A stretch of 64,000 bases of DNA, from contig NW_003314274.1 in the NCBI RefSeq assembly GCF_000143415.4, forward strand, positions 2,400,623-2,464,622, written 5' to 3'. The notes below the pieces were generated by a model. That model was given only the letters and a program-made list of their open reading frames with translations, made no database searches and had not been told where the DNA came from. How positions within the stretch are numbered: position 1 is the stretch's first letter; the number at the start of each line of letters is the position of its first letter. The stretch comes from Selaginella moellendorffii (lineage: Eukaryota; Plantae; Lycopodiophyta). The position numbers and the translations under genes are program-made. Of this stretch, positions 21,055 to 33,895 are shown in pieces.

Positions 21055-22250
21055 AGTTTCTATCTCTTAAAAATGGTTAAAATTAATTAACTTGAAAAGA
21101 GAGATAAAATAAATTACAACTAGGGTGAGAAATAAATAATAAATTATTAATCTAAAAAATTTAAACTAAATATATAGTACCTTTATAATTTTATTTCTTT
21201 ATATATTCAAATTAATTTTAGTTTGATTAATAAATATAAAAAGTATAATTTTATATAGGGGAAGAAGATCTACAAACTCAAAATTACCCCAAGGCTAGAA
21301 AATGATTCAATAGTGGGCATAGTGACCATCAAATTTTTTTTATAGTAATGTATTTTTAATTTTTTTAATAATTTATGTATAATAAACTTATCTTGTAGCT
21401 GATGGCTGCAAACCTTGAGGTGGTTTTGTGGATAGTTGAAGAATGATACAACAATAGACATAACAATTATCAAAGATTTTTGTAGTAATGTAGTTTTAAT
21501 TTTTTTTAAAATAATTTATACACAATAAACTTAAATTTTAGTTGAATTGAGTTTGTAACAAAACAAAGTTATCCAAAAACAAATATATTATATTGTATGT
21601 TTTTTAATGTAATAAAAATGCTATCTATTTTTAAATCATAAATAATATAAATAATAAAATTAATAAAAAAATCTAAAGAGTGACTTTACAGGTCCTTTTG
21701 CACAAGAAAAATGAAAAGAATGAAATAAATATAGAAGAGTTGTGAACTTTTTCATACCTTTGAACGTCTGTTTACATGCCACTTTATGGTGAAAAGTGCA
21801 ATGAAGACTTTCATGGATTTCATACAATTCCAATTTAAAATTTCTATCTCTTAAAAATTGTTAACATTAATTAACTTGAAAACAGAGAGAAAATAATTCT
21901 TGATATATTCAAATTAATTTAAATTTAATTAATAATTATTGAAAATATGATTGTATATGATATGGAGGGGAGGAAATACACAAGTTCGCAATTACTATAG
22001 TGCTGAAAAATGATACAACAATATACACAATGATCATAAAAGATTTTTGTAATAATGTAGTTTTATTTTTTAAAATTTATTTATGTACAATAAAATTATA
22101 TTTTAGTTGAATTGATATTATAACAAAACATAGATACGAAAAATAAATATATTATAGTATTTTATTTAATGTAATTAAAAAACAATGTTCATGTAAATAT
22201 AAATAATGGAAATAATGAAATTAATAAAACCATCTAAAGAGTGACTTTTA
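20985..22250. repeat. Degenerate AT-rich tandem duplication
   Basis: ~20985-21690 resembles ~21770-22250 (gaaaagtgcaatgaagactt ... tttctatctcttaaaaat ... atctaaagagtgacttt). A ~90-bp sub-unit occurs three times (~21301, ~21442, ~22009). Confidence 0.8.
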
Positions 22251-22581
22251 AATATTCATTTATATAAAAGGAAAAAAATTAAAATTTCATATCTATAATA
22301 ATATTAATTTACTTCACATATATACAGTGACGCGAGTATATTTCTGGTTTAAAGCTGATATGTGTGATGTCATCAAATATCTGGTGACATCAATCTGCGC
22401 TTCTTGGGAAAAAGAAGCGGTGATTTCACCCGTAAAGGTGAGCGTGCCAGAGCATGACTATGGGCTTTGCCCGCGCAGGTCCGAATCCTGCCGCTCACGA
22501 AATCCTTGTAGATAAGAATTTGTTATTCTAAAATTGCTGGATTGCGATTCACTTAAATTTTGGCTGATGCACATGAGGCAT

Positions 22582-25500
22582 TCAAGGGACTCTCCAGGCT
22601 TCATAACCTTCTAACTTGCTTGCGCCAGATGCAAGAGACGAAAGCGTTGGCAGCATATCTCCAAACGTTGAGGAGATTGCCGCAGCAGACTTGTCACGGA
22701 GCCTCCCTACTTGTCCATCACCAATAATCGACCCGAACTTGAGAGTCCCTTCTCCAAGTCGGCTTCCCACCTAAGTAAACATACATAGAGATCACCACGT
22801 ATACAGACTAGTGTTCTTCCTTCTTACCTGGCCCATGAAAGATTTGAGTAGAGGAGCATTGACGAGAGAAGATAACCCCGTGGAATCATCAAACGTGAAG
22901 TTTCCACCCTGCTCTTTCTGCTGGTAAGCTTTCCAGGCGTTCGAAATGTCTCCCTCTTGGTTGCCACCCGCACCACCGTTGATGGTTCTCGCACCAACGT
23001 TGCCTCCTGTGAGAGGCATACTGCAAACAAAAGAAGAAACATCAACGGCCGACGAGGAGAGAAATGTCCAAGTTTTCTTGATTACCTGATAGGGAGAGTT
23101 ATAAATCGTGGAACCGAGGCCGACAAGCCGATAGTGTTGCCATCGGTTACAGGCTGGTTTCTTAATGCCGCGTCAGTGTAGAGACGGTTTAGCTGCGTGA
23201 GAAAGCCGAAGAGAACAGCGCAGCGATGATAACAGCGGCGCTCATTCTCCCATAGCTGAGGTTCGTAACTGTAGAAAAGTAAAACAAACCATGAGCTATT
23301 CATGATTGAGTAGATAAATGAACTTACGTAGCCCAATCAATCGGATCCAAGTTGCTGGACAGTTTTGACAAGAGGGTTTTCACCGCTTTCTGGCTTTTAG
23401 ATTTAACAGCTGCATCTTGGATGCCTACGAGCACGTCAGCCAAGAAGCGCACGTCAAAGAGAAGCTGAAGCGATCCTCTCTCGGATATCTGGACGCTTCC
23501 GGACAAGTAACCTTCGTAAGCTGCAAGGACCTGGGGTCGTCATCAAGTGTCACAAATGAAAATCGTGGAAAAGTAAAGCGACTACCTTCTCAAGAAGTGT
23601 TGCTGAAAACGAGTGGATCACTGACTTGTCCAAAACGTGACCCCCAACTCTGTATATTTCTTGGTTCGCCAAGAACAGCAAGGACACCGCGTAAGGCGAA
23701 GCCATGCCCGGCAAAGAGATCTTAATCTCGCCCTCGGCATTGTCCGTCTCTTGCTTAAGAACTGTTTCTTCCCATCCCTTGGAGCAGAAGTAAAGTCATA
23801 TCAGCGTGACACCAACAAAACTTAACCAATGTACCTTTGGAAAACTCGTAGCAAAGAGACCATCGTCCATGCCAAGATCCTTGAGGAAAATCTTTACCAG
23901 GACGCCAGTGCTCCAGGACACCCAGAGGTTGTGTGCTATGTCCCACTGACTGCGAAGAGAACCCTGCAAAGTCTGTAATCTCGAAGAAATCCCATCTGTG
24001 GCTCTTCTTCTGCTGCTACGAAATTCCGGAAGATCACTCTCCTTCGAGAACATTTCGGACGATCTCTTGTGATGTGTTATCCACTGCTCTGGAGACCCGA
24101 AGATCACTGGCAGGTAGTGTAGGTGCGTTCCCAGGGCCAGCGAGAGCCTTCCCAGGAACAGAGCTCGTTCCAAAGTTACGAGGCTATCCAGCCCATTCGC
24201 CGTTCCCAGATCTTTAAAGTTGAGCGTGAGTTTCTTCAACTCCACCTCGAGCTCGCTACAGATGCGCGACATGCACGAAAGAACTTTCTCGTGAAGATAT
24301 GGTGCGAGCTCCAGGATCCTCGTCGGACTTTGTGGCTCGCCAAGAAACATGAGAAGATCGAGCAGGATGGCATTCAGCCCGTCGTCCACCTCTTCCTTCA
24401 AACGACAAACATCCGGACCGAAGTACAAGCTGATCTCTCCAAGCCATTCCCTGCTCGTAGGCCCTTTCGTTTGAGGCTGTCCAATATCTTCTACCAAACT
24501 TCGTAGTAAACCTGTATTCGGCTGTTGCAAGCAGGAGGAAGCGTCGATCGAGCTGAGAAGCCTCTCCACGACAGCCATGATCGTTATCTTCTCGATCCGC
24601 GAGTCTACAATGGCTTTTATCCTCCTCAAGAACATGCTCTCAAAGAGCGTCTCCCACAAGTTGACGGAGCTGTTCAACAGCAGTGCGCTCAAGAACTCCC
24701 AGGGCGAGCTAATCGTCTGGCCAAAGGCGCTCTTGAGCCACTCCACGCCCTCTCGAAGAGCAGCCTGCTGCTCTATATGGAGCCTGATCGAGCTCTCCAT
24801 CTCCGCGAGATCTTTCCCGTTGGAGACACCGTCGAGCACCGGCCGAGCGTCGTCCAAGAGCTCTTGCGCGCACACGCCAAGGAAGGAGAGGCTGCCTTGA
24901 GCCACAAACTCCCCGGACAGCGGAACCATGCGCGCCTCCAGCTTCTCCCTGTGGAGCTTCCAGGCACGAACTTCCTTCTCCGGATTGTAAATCCCTCCAA
25001 AGAGCTGGGACGACGGCGGTGCAGTGAGGACGGTGGTGAAGAGCAGCGGCGACGTTCCATTCGAGACTTCCAGGAAAAGTTGGCCAATGTGGCAGAGCGT
25101 CAGCTGGATCATGTCCACCGTTTTGTTGAGTACCAAAACTCTGTCCTGTAGAGACGAAGAGCTCGTGATCACCACCTTGGTTCTCAAGTAGCTTCTCAGC
25201 CACGACTTCCTCGTCTCGACGAACAAGGAGAAAACCTGTGCCGACGAGAGATCTTCCACGATCGCAATGGCCGCCAGCGCCACAGCGTAGTCGCTAGCTG
25301 CAAATCCGGGTTCCTGCAAGCGCTCTCGGCTCCTGGCCGAGATCTGTCCCTGGAATGTCTCTATCACTGGCCACTGGTGGTGCCACAGCAGCGAGAAATT
25401 CGTGGCGGCGCTGGAATCGCCACCACCTCCGCCGCCGCCGCTGCTGAGGAGCAATCCATGGACCTGGCGAGCTCGCAAGAATCTTTCGGCGCCTTCCAGA

Positions 25501-25943
25501 TACATGTGTTCGTCGAGGCAGCCCCAGATCTTCTCTGGAGTGTCCACCAGATACTTCACGCGACTGCCAACCCCGTAGAGATCCTCGCGGCTGCTGCCAC
25601 TACTGGAGATCGAGGCCACTGCCACCGCCGCCAAGGAGGAGGAGGAGGAAGAGATCTTGATGCTCTCCTTGAGGCGATCCAATCCCTGCGCCATACCTGA
25701 GAGATTTTCCATGACGCGGTGGCAGCAGTCCCCCATGACGAGGATGGAATCGGCGGAATCGATGAGATCCCGGTAGCTGGCCCCGACCAGCTGCCGCAGC
25801 TCCTCCTGCTTGTCCTGGATCTCCTTGCGCGTCGCGGATTCCACCTCCCGGACCTCCGCCACGGATCGCGACTCGAGGAGAGCCTCCGCATTCCTGGCAT
25901 TGCCGTCGCCCCCGCCTCCTCGCTCGAATCTGCCGCCCCTCAT
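22582..25943 (-). CDS. COG1: Conserved oligomeric Golgi complex subunit 1, multi-exon
   Basis: Vps51/COG1 N-terminus KQEELRQLVGASYRDLIDSADSI; VKYLVDTPEKIWGCLDE; LQLLFDVRFL; LDPIDWATYEP; VPRF. Confidence 0.92.
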
Positions 25944-26413
25944 CGCGATCTCTGGCCCTATCCCATTCTACCTATTTTGTTGGAACCCTAAAATGTCTGG
26001 TACGCTTGAAAATCTGGTCAAGCGGAGGTTCCCTGGAGGATTGCTTGATTGATAGTGAGTGATTTGCAGAGGAATGAGCTCTCGAGCAGAGATTCACATC
26101 GATTCGGCTCCAATCACGCCATCACGGAGAAGCTATGATAAAGGGGGAAAAAGCGCAAGCCTTCGATTGCGATGTCTTCCCCGTGAATGACAATGCAAGG
26201 CTCTCGATTCGTTTTGCACAGCTCCATTTCGATCGAAGACAAATTGCGATCGCGCACCATTCACATCAAACTTCGCTGAAGAGCTGACACGATCTGGCAA
26301 GTGTGTAAGGGTTTATCTGGAAATGGGGCATTTCAAAAACGAAGAACCCTAAAATCTATCAATCATTTTGAGAAAGAGGACCGTTTGAGAGAAACGGGGA
26401 GAAAGGGCGAAGA

Positions 26414-28520
26414 ATGGCGAGCCACAGCGGCGGGGTTGGCAGTGGCGGCGGTGGCAGCGCTAGCGGCTACGAGAGCCCGATGGTGAGGCAGGAGCTTGCG
26501 AAGCTGGACAAGGGCGGTGAGAAGCGGCGCAGCGCCCTGGCGTCGCTGCGCGCCTGCGTGGAGAAGCTCGACGCCTCGAGCGTTCCCCGGTTCTTGTCCC
26601 AGGTCGGCGACGCCCGCGATCTCTCCGAGTCGCGCCCCCACGCCATCTCGCTCTATACGGACGTGGCGCGCGTCCATGGCCGGCTCATCGCGCCCGAGAT
26701 CCCCCGCATTATGATCACCATCACGCGCACGCTCTCCTCCAGCGGCAGCTCCATCCATCTCCACGAATCTTGCGCCCGGGTCGTGGCGGCGCTGCTCAGG
26801 TACGCAATCTCGCCGCTCAGCGCCATGGCCGACGCCGACAAGGTCTTCCCCGACGTTTGCAACCCTCTCATCGACGTTCTCTCGGCCAAGATCGAGCCGC
26901 TGGCCGCGGGCGCGGCGATTTGCCTCCAGGCTGCGGTGGAATCCGAGAAGTGGAAGTACGCGCCCCGGGATTTGGTCGCGGATTTGTGCGCCAGGGCGAG
27001 CGCGGTGCTGAAGGATCGTTCCGGGCAGACAGTGGGGCACATCCAGCTCGCTCGATCGCTGGTGCGTGTCGGTGCCGTGGCGCCGGATTGTGGAGTGGCG
27101 CTTCTGCGCGCTTCCACCGAGATTCTCCGCGGCAATCCACCGGCGTGGCAGCAGAAAGCCTCGGCGCTCCAGCTCGTGAGAGCGCTGCTGCTGGGCCTGG
27201 ACAAGAAATCCCTGGCCGAGGAGTCGGAGTCGATTGGGAAGATCATCGAGCACATCAGGCGGGACCGGATGCCTCACGTACGCAGCGAGGCCGTCAAGGC
27301 GCTCCAGGCGCTCAAGGCCCAGCAAGTCTCTTTCTCTTCGGACGACGCGAATGGCAACTCGATCCACTTGGCGGTGGCCGGGATGGATTCTTTGAGCCGC
27401 TCGAGCTCGAGATCTTCCCGGAGTTTCTTGTGGGAGCAGCACCGGGACGAGCTGTGCTCCGCCGCGGCGCCGTCGACGTCGCAGGAGTCGCAACTTGTGA
27501 GCCTCTCGCCACCCCCGGCGTCACCCGAGTCGTCCTCGCCGGTCTCGAGGAGCCGGCGCCGCCGGCGGTATCCGCTGCTTCCTCCAGCGCAGCGGACGGG
27601 CTCCTCAGGGTCTTCGAGCATTGCCACCAGTGAAGACGCCTCGGATTCCTTTGCGACTTTCGAAGCTCCCGGCTTGGAATCCAAGGAGAACGGGCAGATG
27701 GAAGAGGGGTTGCAGCTGGACGATCAGTGTGCTGCTAGCAGCGAGAGTTGCGTGGTTGACGACTCCGAGGAGGTGGTGGTGGGGAACTTTTTTGGAGAAG
27801 TTGACGTTACCGCGACCGCAAGGAGCACGAATGCGCGGTATGCTCTCGTTGATCAGAGCCCGGCTAGCACTGTTACTACTGCCAATGGAGACGATGTTGC
27901 GAAGTTCTCCAACAATGTCGCAGCGACACCCGAGGTAAGCCTTCATGTTGGTTTCCACTGTTTCATAACATCTTTTCTCGTTTGGTATTCTTGTTTTGCA
28001 GCGAAGCGCATCGATTCTTACTGCTGAAGACTTCACAAAGTATACAACGCCGAGGAGGCTGGTGCGGTCGCTACAGGCACTTGAATCCAGTCCAGACAGT
28101 GATCCCGACGAGAAGCTGGACGACTCAGTGTTAATCGACGGGGAGGCCGAAGAAGAAGAAGAATCCAGCGAAGCGGCTTGGAGTGTCCGGGACAATCCCA
28201 TCGCCGAGCAGGACTTATTCGCCGATCGCCACCGCTTCCATCTTCAACAGCCGCAGAAGCATGGTGAGTGTGATGATCCACTGTTCCAGGACGAAGAAGA
28301 TCAAACCGAGAACACACCGCTATCACCACCACAATCGTCGACGAAAGCGATCAAGCCGGTTGTGACGAAGAGCAAGAAGAAGAGGACTTGGAAGATCGCT
28401 CGAGGATGGATTGAATGGCTACTGGGTGGACTGTTAGTCGTGGTGCTACTACTTCCTCTGGCTATGGTGGTGTTAATGCTGGGGTTTAGCACCCACGATG
28501 TTGGCTTGGTTCCAACTTAG
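26414..28520 (+). CDS. SINE1/2-like plant KASH protein (ARM/HEAT repeats, C-terminal TM, ...VPT)
   Basis: LRACVEKLDASSVPRFLSQV...HAISLYTDVARVHG; intron 27935-28001; hydrophobic helix followed by the GLVPT* KASH tail. Confidence 0.85.
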
Positions 28521-28655
28521 AGAACTTAAGTTAATTTGACAATAGGCAGTACAAAGATTCGATCCCTGCACGTCCCATTGACTAAGGAATTAATATTTCC
28601 CCCCGAGCTGTCGCGACGAGCTCGTCCTAGGTTTTCCTTCCGGTTCCCGCCGGCT

Positions 28656-31348
28656 ATGGCCGAGCGCGAGTGGCTGCGCCAGATGGTGGAACTCATGCTA
28701 GGCAAGCTCAAGGGAGGCGCGCGAGTGGATCGTCGTGAGTTTTATCGGATGTGCGTCGTTCTTTCCAAGTAAGTGAGAAAGATTTTTCTGGAGCTGCGAA
28801 ATTGAGAGGTTTTGGAGCTGCAGGGCTATGGATTGCGCAGTCGCTGCGAATCAGAGCCCGCATTGTGTCCACGATGTGATCCAGCTGCTCAAGCAGGTTC
28901 GATTTTGTTTCGTTTGCTATGCAATGTGAGCAAATGTCTTCTTCTTTTTTTTCTTCCCATAGGTGTGTACACAGAAAGACGATGCCGACGTTCGTCCTGC
29001 GATCGTGTTGGTGATGCTATCTTTCAAGGTGCTCGAATTAAATATCTATTTTTCGGGGAATGCTAACTTTCCAAGTTACTTTTCAGGGTGCTGTTCAAAA
29101 AGGATGGTTTAACAATGTGGAATATGGAGATCTTCTCTGTGTTGTCAACGAAGTAAGTACATTCCTTTTTGGTGCCAGGGTCTCACCCGCTTCGGTTTAT
29201 GCAGCTTCTCGACCTGTATGATAGACTTGGGTCTGCATGCGTGAAAACGCCAACGGATTTCTCGAGCATTGAGAAATTCACCGGTGACGTCCTTATGCGG
29301 TATGACTATCGTATTGCCCAAATCGTTGCGTTTCCTGACGGTATTGGAATGTTCTAGCTTGTATCCGTGGCTGAAACTGGGTAACATTTTGCTATACATC
29401 GAGGCAGAGGTCAGTGATTCTTGTTATACAGACAGAGACTAAACTTTGGTGAGGTTTTAGGCCGGCTACAGGACCGTGGTTTCGGAATTTTACATCCATA
29501 CTCTTGCGCCAGTGGTATGTTTTAAAAGTTTATGGTGTTTGTAACGATCATTTCTAGAAGCTTTTTACTATCAGAAGGGACGCCGTCGAACAACCGTCGT
29601 GCTTGACTCCGCCAGCTCTAGTGAGCTTCATCCTAAACGGATATCCTGTCGATAGAAGAACACCACTTCAAATGGTATGTACGACAATGTTGTACCTGAG
29701 TCTCAAGTTCCCGTACAGGATAGTGGACCCCAACCCCCGGCAGAGTGCGCAAGATATTGCAGGTTAGGAAATAATGTATTGCAAGTTGTGGGAGAATTTG
29801 CAGGTTTGTAAATGGGGCTGCTCAAGCTTGCTTATTCCATTGTTATTCCAGCTTCATATGTAATTCTGGTGGCTCATACGAAGAATGCAATCTTGGTTCC
29901 AACTTTGCTGGACCTTCCGGAAACCTGGCTCTTTGGCTCGCAGGCAGGCAAGTGACTTTTGTTTCTGATAGACAGGACAGCTGAATTGGCTTGGCAATAT
30001 TGCAGATGACGATCTGATGGAAGGGGCGTCTAAAGTCTCACTATGTTGTCCCATCAGGTAGATTTTTGTAGGCATTTCGCAAAATTTTACTGAGAACGTT
30101 TTCATGGATAGCCGGCAACGAATTGCAACTCCTGTGAAGGGTCTGGCATGCAAACACTTGCAGGTAAGGAAGTTATGATTTATTGAGCTTTTTCAAGGCA
30201 GTTGGTGGCTGTATAGTGCTTCGATTTCAAGAACTACACAGAAATGAACACAAAACGACCGTCGTGGCGATGCCCATACTGCAACGTGGTTGTGACTTTG
30301 CAAGACCTTCGTATCGACATGAAAATGGCAAAGGTAGTTCGCTGTTCGTTTTCTGTCTTTGAACTGATTTGGTTGCTTGCAAGATATTGCGTGAGGTCGA
30401 CGGGAACATCAAAGACGTGATGCTCACCAACAATGGCTCGTGGCAAATGCTGGAGTCACATCCTATAAGCTCCCGAACGAAGAAAACCGTTCCAGTGATC
30501 GTCGACCTTAGCGAGATCGACAATGAGGATGCGCCATCACTTTCTCCTTCTCGTCCGCCGGAGTCTACTACCACTCCTGTGCTCCGAAGTTCCTCAATAT
30601 TTTCAAGCTCGCCGGCTCTAACGGAGGACAGGAAGCCGGACATTGCCAGCTTATCAAGAACTTGGTCCGCAAATAACGTGTCATCAATCGGTTTGGCACC
30701 TAGTCGATCGCTTCCTGCGAATCTTCTGCCATCAACGCCAAACGGTTCCGAGTTGCGACAACATCAGCGCAACACACCAACAACTCGACTCAGGCTCCAC
30801 CGCTCGGTATTGTACTTAGAACTCTTCTGTGCTGGATTGAGTGACAACATGTTGCGGTGCAGGATACGGAAAGGCTGATGCAACAACTGGCTGCCGTGCA
30901 AGCCCAGCACGCTCTTCAAGCTCAAGCTGCGCAGCAATCTCCACAGGCTCAAGTCCAGATGCAACAACAGATTCAACAGCATGCTCAGCTACGGCAAGCT
31001 CACCCAGTGCAAGTTCAGTCTTTACTGCAGCAAACTCAGGAAAGTCAGGCCATTCGCGCTCAAGCTCAAGCTCAACAGCAGCAGCAGCAACAGGCTCAGC
31101 TATGGCAGACTCATCCACAACATCATCAGGGTAGCTTCTCTCGACGACAAGCTCAAGCTCAGCAGCAGCAAGCTCAGATACTTTATGCTCAACATACTCT
31201 TCACTCTCAACGTGCTCCTGCCCAGCAATCTCAGCAAGCTGCGCCACAGCAAGCCGCTCAGCAACAATCTCCGCAGTTCCAGCTCCAGCCGAGGCAAATT
31301 CATCCGTGGCTTATGATTCCAGGCTCTAGCAATGATCCGCCACAGTAG
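28656..31348 (+). CDS. PIAL1/2-like SP-RING (zf-MIZ) SUMO ligase with Gln-rich tail, multi-exon
   Basis: Spliced KVSLCCPI-SRQRIATPVKGLACKHLQ-CFDF...RPSWRCPYCN; SIM-like VIVDLSE; Q/A-rich last exon. Confidence 0.85.
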
Positions 31349-31775
31349 GCTCTGTTGACAGAACACTGTCTTTCCAGAGGATTTTCTTAAAGGTTCGAAC
31401 GAGTGAAACAAATCTCTTTTGGCTTTACGTAAGAATGCATGAAATTGGAATGATGGATCGAATAGAATAAAAGCTGCTTCTATAAAGCCTGGTGAGTCAA
31501 CATTCTAGTCAAAATGGTTGACTGGCAAGACCGCGCGGTGGTAACTGGCGAGTGTAAAAATCTCCAGTGGATGCCGTCATGTCATGGACTGGTAGTGTCG
31601 TTAGCGCCACGTTGGCAGGGCTGCCCTAGAAGCATTATTTTTATTACTCGCTCGATGGATAGATAGCCTCTCTGTCGCTGTTCTTCCTCGCCTTCTCTTT
31701 TGGTTCTTTGCTGCTCCTCTCTCTCTCTCTCCAATCTCAAGATTCTCTGGAATGCCGCGCGATCGCTCATGAGCG

Positions 31776-33662
31776 ATGGTGGCCGAATTGCTGCTGGCGC
31801 GGCAGCGATGGCCGTGGTGGCTGCCGCTGGCGGTGGCGCTGCTGGCGTTGGGATTCACATTGGGGCAGGGGCAGCAGGTTGGAGTGAACTGGGGCACGCA
31901 GCTCTCGCATCCTCTCCCCGGCGATACCGTCGTGCAGATGCTCCGGAGCAACAATGTCACGCGCGTCAAGCTCTTTGATGCGGATCCCAACGCATTGCGC
32001 GCCCTCACCAAGGATTCCAGCTTCGAGGTCATGGTGGGAATTCCCAACGAGATGCTCCAGCGCCTGGCGCAGAGCTCCCAGGCCGCGGATCTGTGGGTGT
32101 CGCAGAACGTGTCGCGCTACGTATCGGGGCGACGGCGAGCAAACATCAGGTATCTTGATGGACCTCTCCTCTTTCTTGGTGTTCTTGTTCTTGATTCTTG
32201 GTCCCCGGTCGATATTCTTGGTCTCTAGCATCGATTTCCTCGCGGTAATTTGGGACTGTATCGATATTTCTCCCATTCCTTGGGATTCTTGCGGGCATCG
32301 ATATTCTTGGCGGATTCGTCGATATTCTCTCGACAGATCGATTCCTGGCAAGTTCTTCGGTCTCGATATTTCTGGATGATCTTGCCTGTGGTTCGACATA
32401 GCTTGTCTTGGAGAGCATTGGAGCATTGATGAGTCGCCTGGATCGACGCTAGAGTTTTCCTGTTCTTCCTGTTCTTGTTCTTGTTCTTGGCTGGGTCTAG
32501 TTTTTTCTAATTGCTGACGACGATATGGATCGATGACAATGGCAGATACGTGGCAGTGGGCAACGAGCCCTTCCTCACCGCCTACAATCGAAGCTTCGAG
32601 GGCGTGACGCTCCCGGCGCTTCAAAACATCCAGGGCGCGCTGGCGCGAGCGGGGCTCGACTCCCAGATCAAGGCCACGGTCCCACTCAACGCCGACGTGC
32701 TGGCCAACTCGCGGCCCCCATTCCCCTCGGGCGGGATCTTCCGGCCCGAGAGCCAGGCCCTGGTGGTGAGCATCGTCCAGTTTCTGAGCCAGACGGGCGC
32801 GCCCTTCGTCATCAACATCTACCCCTTCATCAGCCTCCACGGGGACCCAAACTTCCCGATCAACTTCGCCTTCTTCGAGGGCGCCGCCAACTCGATCGTG
32901 GACGGCTCCAACACCTACACGAACGTCTTCGATGCGAGCTATGACCTCCTCGTCGCCGCGCTCAACGCCGCGGGCTACGCCAACATGGCCATCATCGTTG
33001 GCGAGGTCGGGTGGCCGACCGACGGCGACCCCAACGCCAACGTCGAGAACGCGCGGCGGTTCAACCAGGGGCTGCTCCAGCACGTCCTCTCCAACCGCGG
33101 CACGCCGCTGCGCCCCGGATCGCCCATCCACTTCTACCTCTTCGGCCTCATCGACGAGGACCAGAAGAGCATCGCGCCGGGCAACTTCGAGCGGCACTGG
33201 GGGGTGTTCACGTACGATGGGCAGGCAAAGTATTTCCTGGATATGAGCGGGCGGGGGGTCGCCAACGCGAGGCTGGTGAACGCGCAGGGGGTGCAGTACT
33301 TGCCGCGGCGGTGGTGCGTTCTTCGGCCCGGGGTGGCGGTGTCCGCCAACAGCATCTCGTTTGCGTGCGCGAACGCCGACTGCACGGCCCTCTCGTATGG
33401 TGGCTCGTGCAACTTCCTCACCGCGCAGGAGAACGCCTCGTACGCGTACAACAACTACTACCAGAAGACCAACCAGCTGCCGACGAGCTGCGATTTCCAG
33501 GGGCAGGCCGTGGTCACCACCACTGACCCCAGCATTCAACCGTGTAGATTCATTAGGCAGATTATTCCGCCCGACGACTCGGCCGCCACCATCGCCACCA
33601 CCGCGAGAATCTCTTTGCTGCCGCTACTACTGCTACTGCTGCTCGCGATCTTGGCTGTCTAG
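31776..33662 (+). CDS. GH17 beta-1,3-glucanase with X8 (CBM43) domain and probable GPI signal
   Basis: Signal peptide, VGVNWG, RYVAVGNEPF, IIVGEVGWPTDG, FERHWG, WCVL...CTALSYGGSC...SCDFQG, hydrophobic tail; intron 32150-32545. Confidence 0.95.
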
Positions 33663-33704
33663 AAAGCGATGTCTAGGAGAGAGGTGTTAACTTATCTGTC
33701 TCTT

Positions 33705-33706
<2 letters not shown>

Positions 33707-33750
<44 letters not shown>
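33707..33750. repeat. (TC)22 microsatellite
   Basis: Perfect dinucleotide run between two convergent genes. Confidence 0.95.
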
Positions 33751-33757
<7 letters not shown>

Positions 33758-33895
33758 TCGTGCCTGGCTGGATCGATACAACGAATTAGGTACACGAGAA
33801 CGCGAGGACGAGAGAACGATAGAGAAAAAAAGAAGCGTTTGGTTTGGTTTTCTATATGTAACAACTTAAAAAAACTTAGCTCGCTTCACGTACGA

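Noticed and set aside
21300-22100. Repeated AT-rich units as a CRISPR-like array
   Set aside because: The units are long, degenerate and irregularly spaced, the context is eukaryotic, and there are no cas genes.
31767-33539. 590-aa antisense ORF opposite the glucanase (likewise 16650-17618, 26363-27493, 48793-49863, 50740-51687)
   Set aside because: Shadow ORFs produced by GC3-rich codon usage on the sense gene; no recognisable domains.
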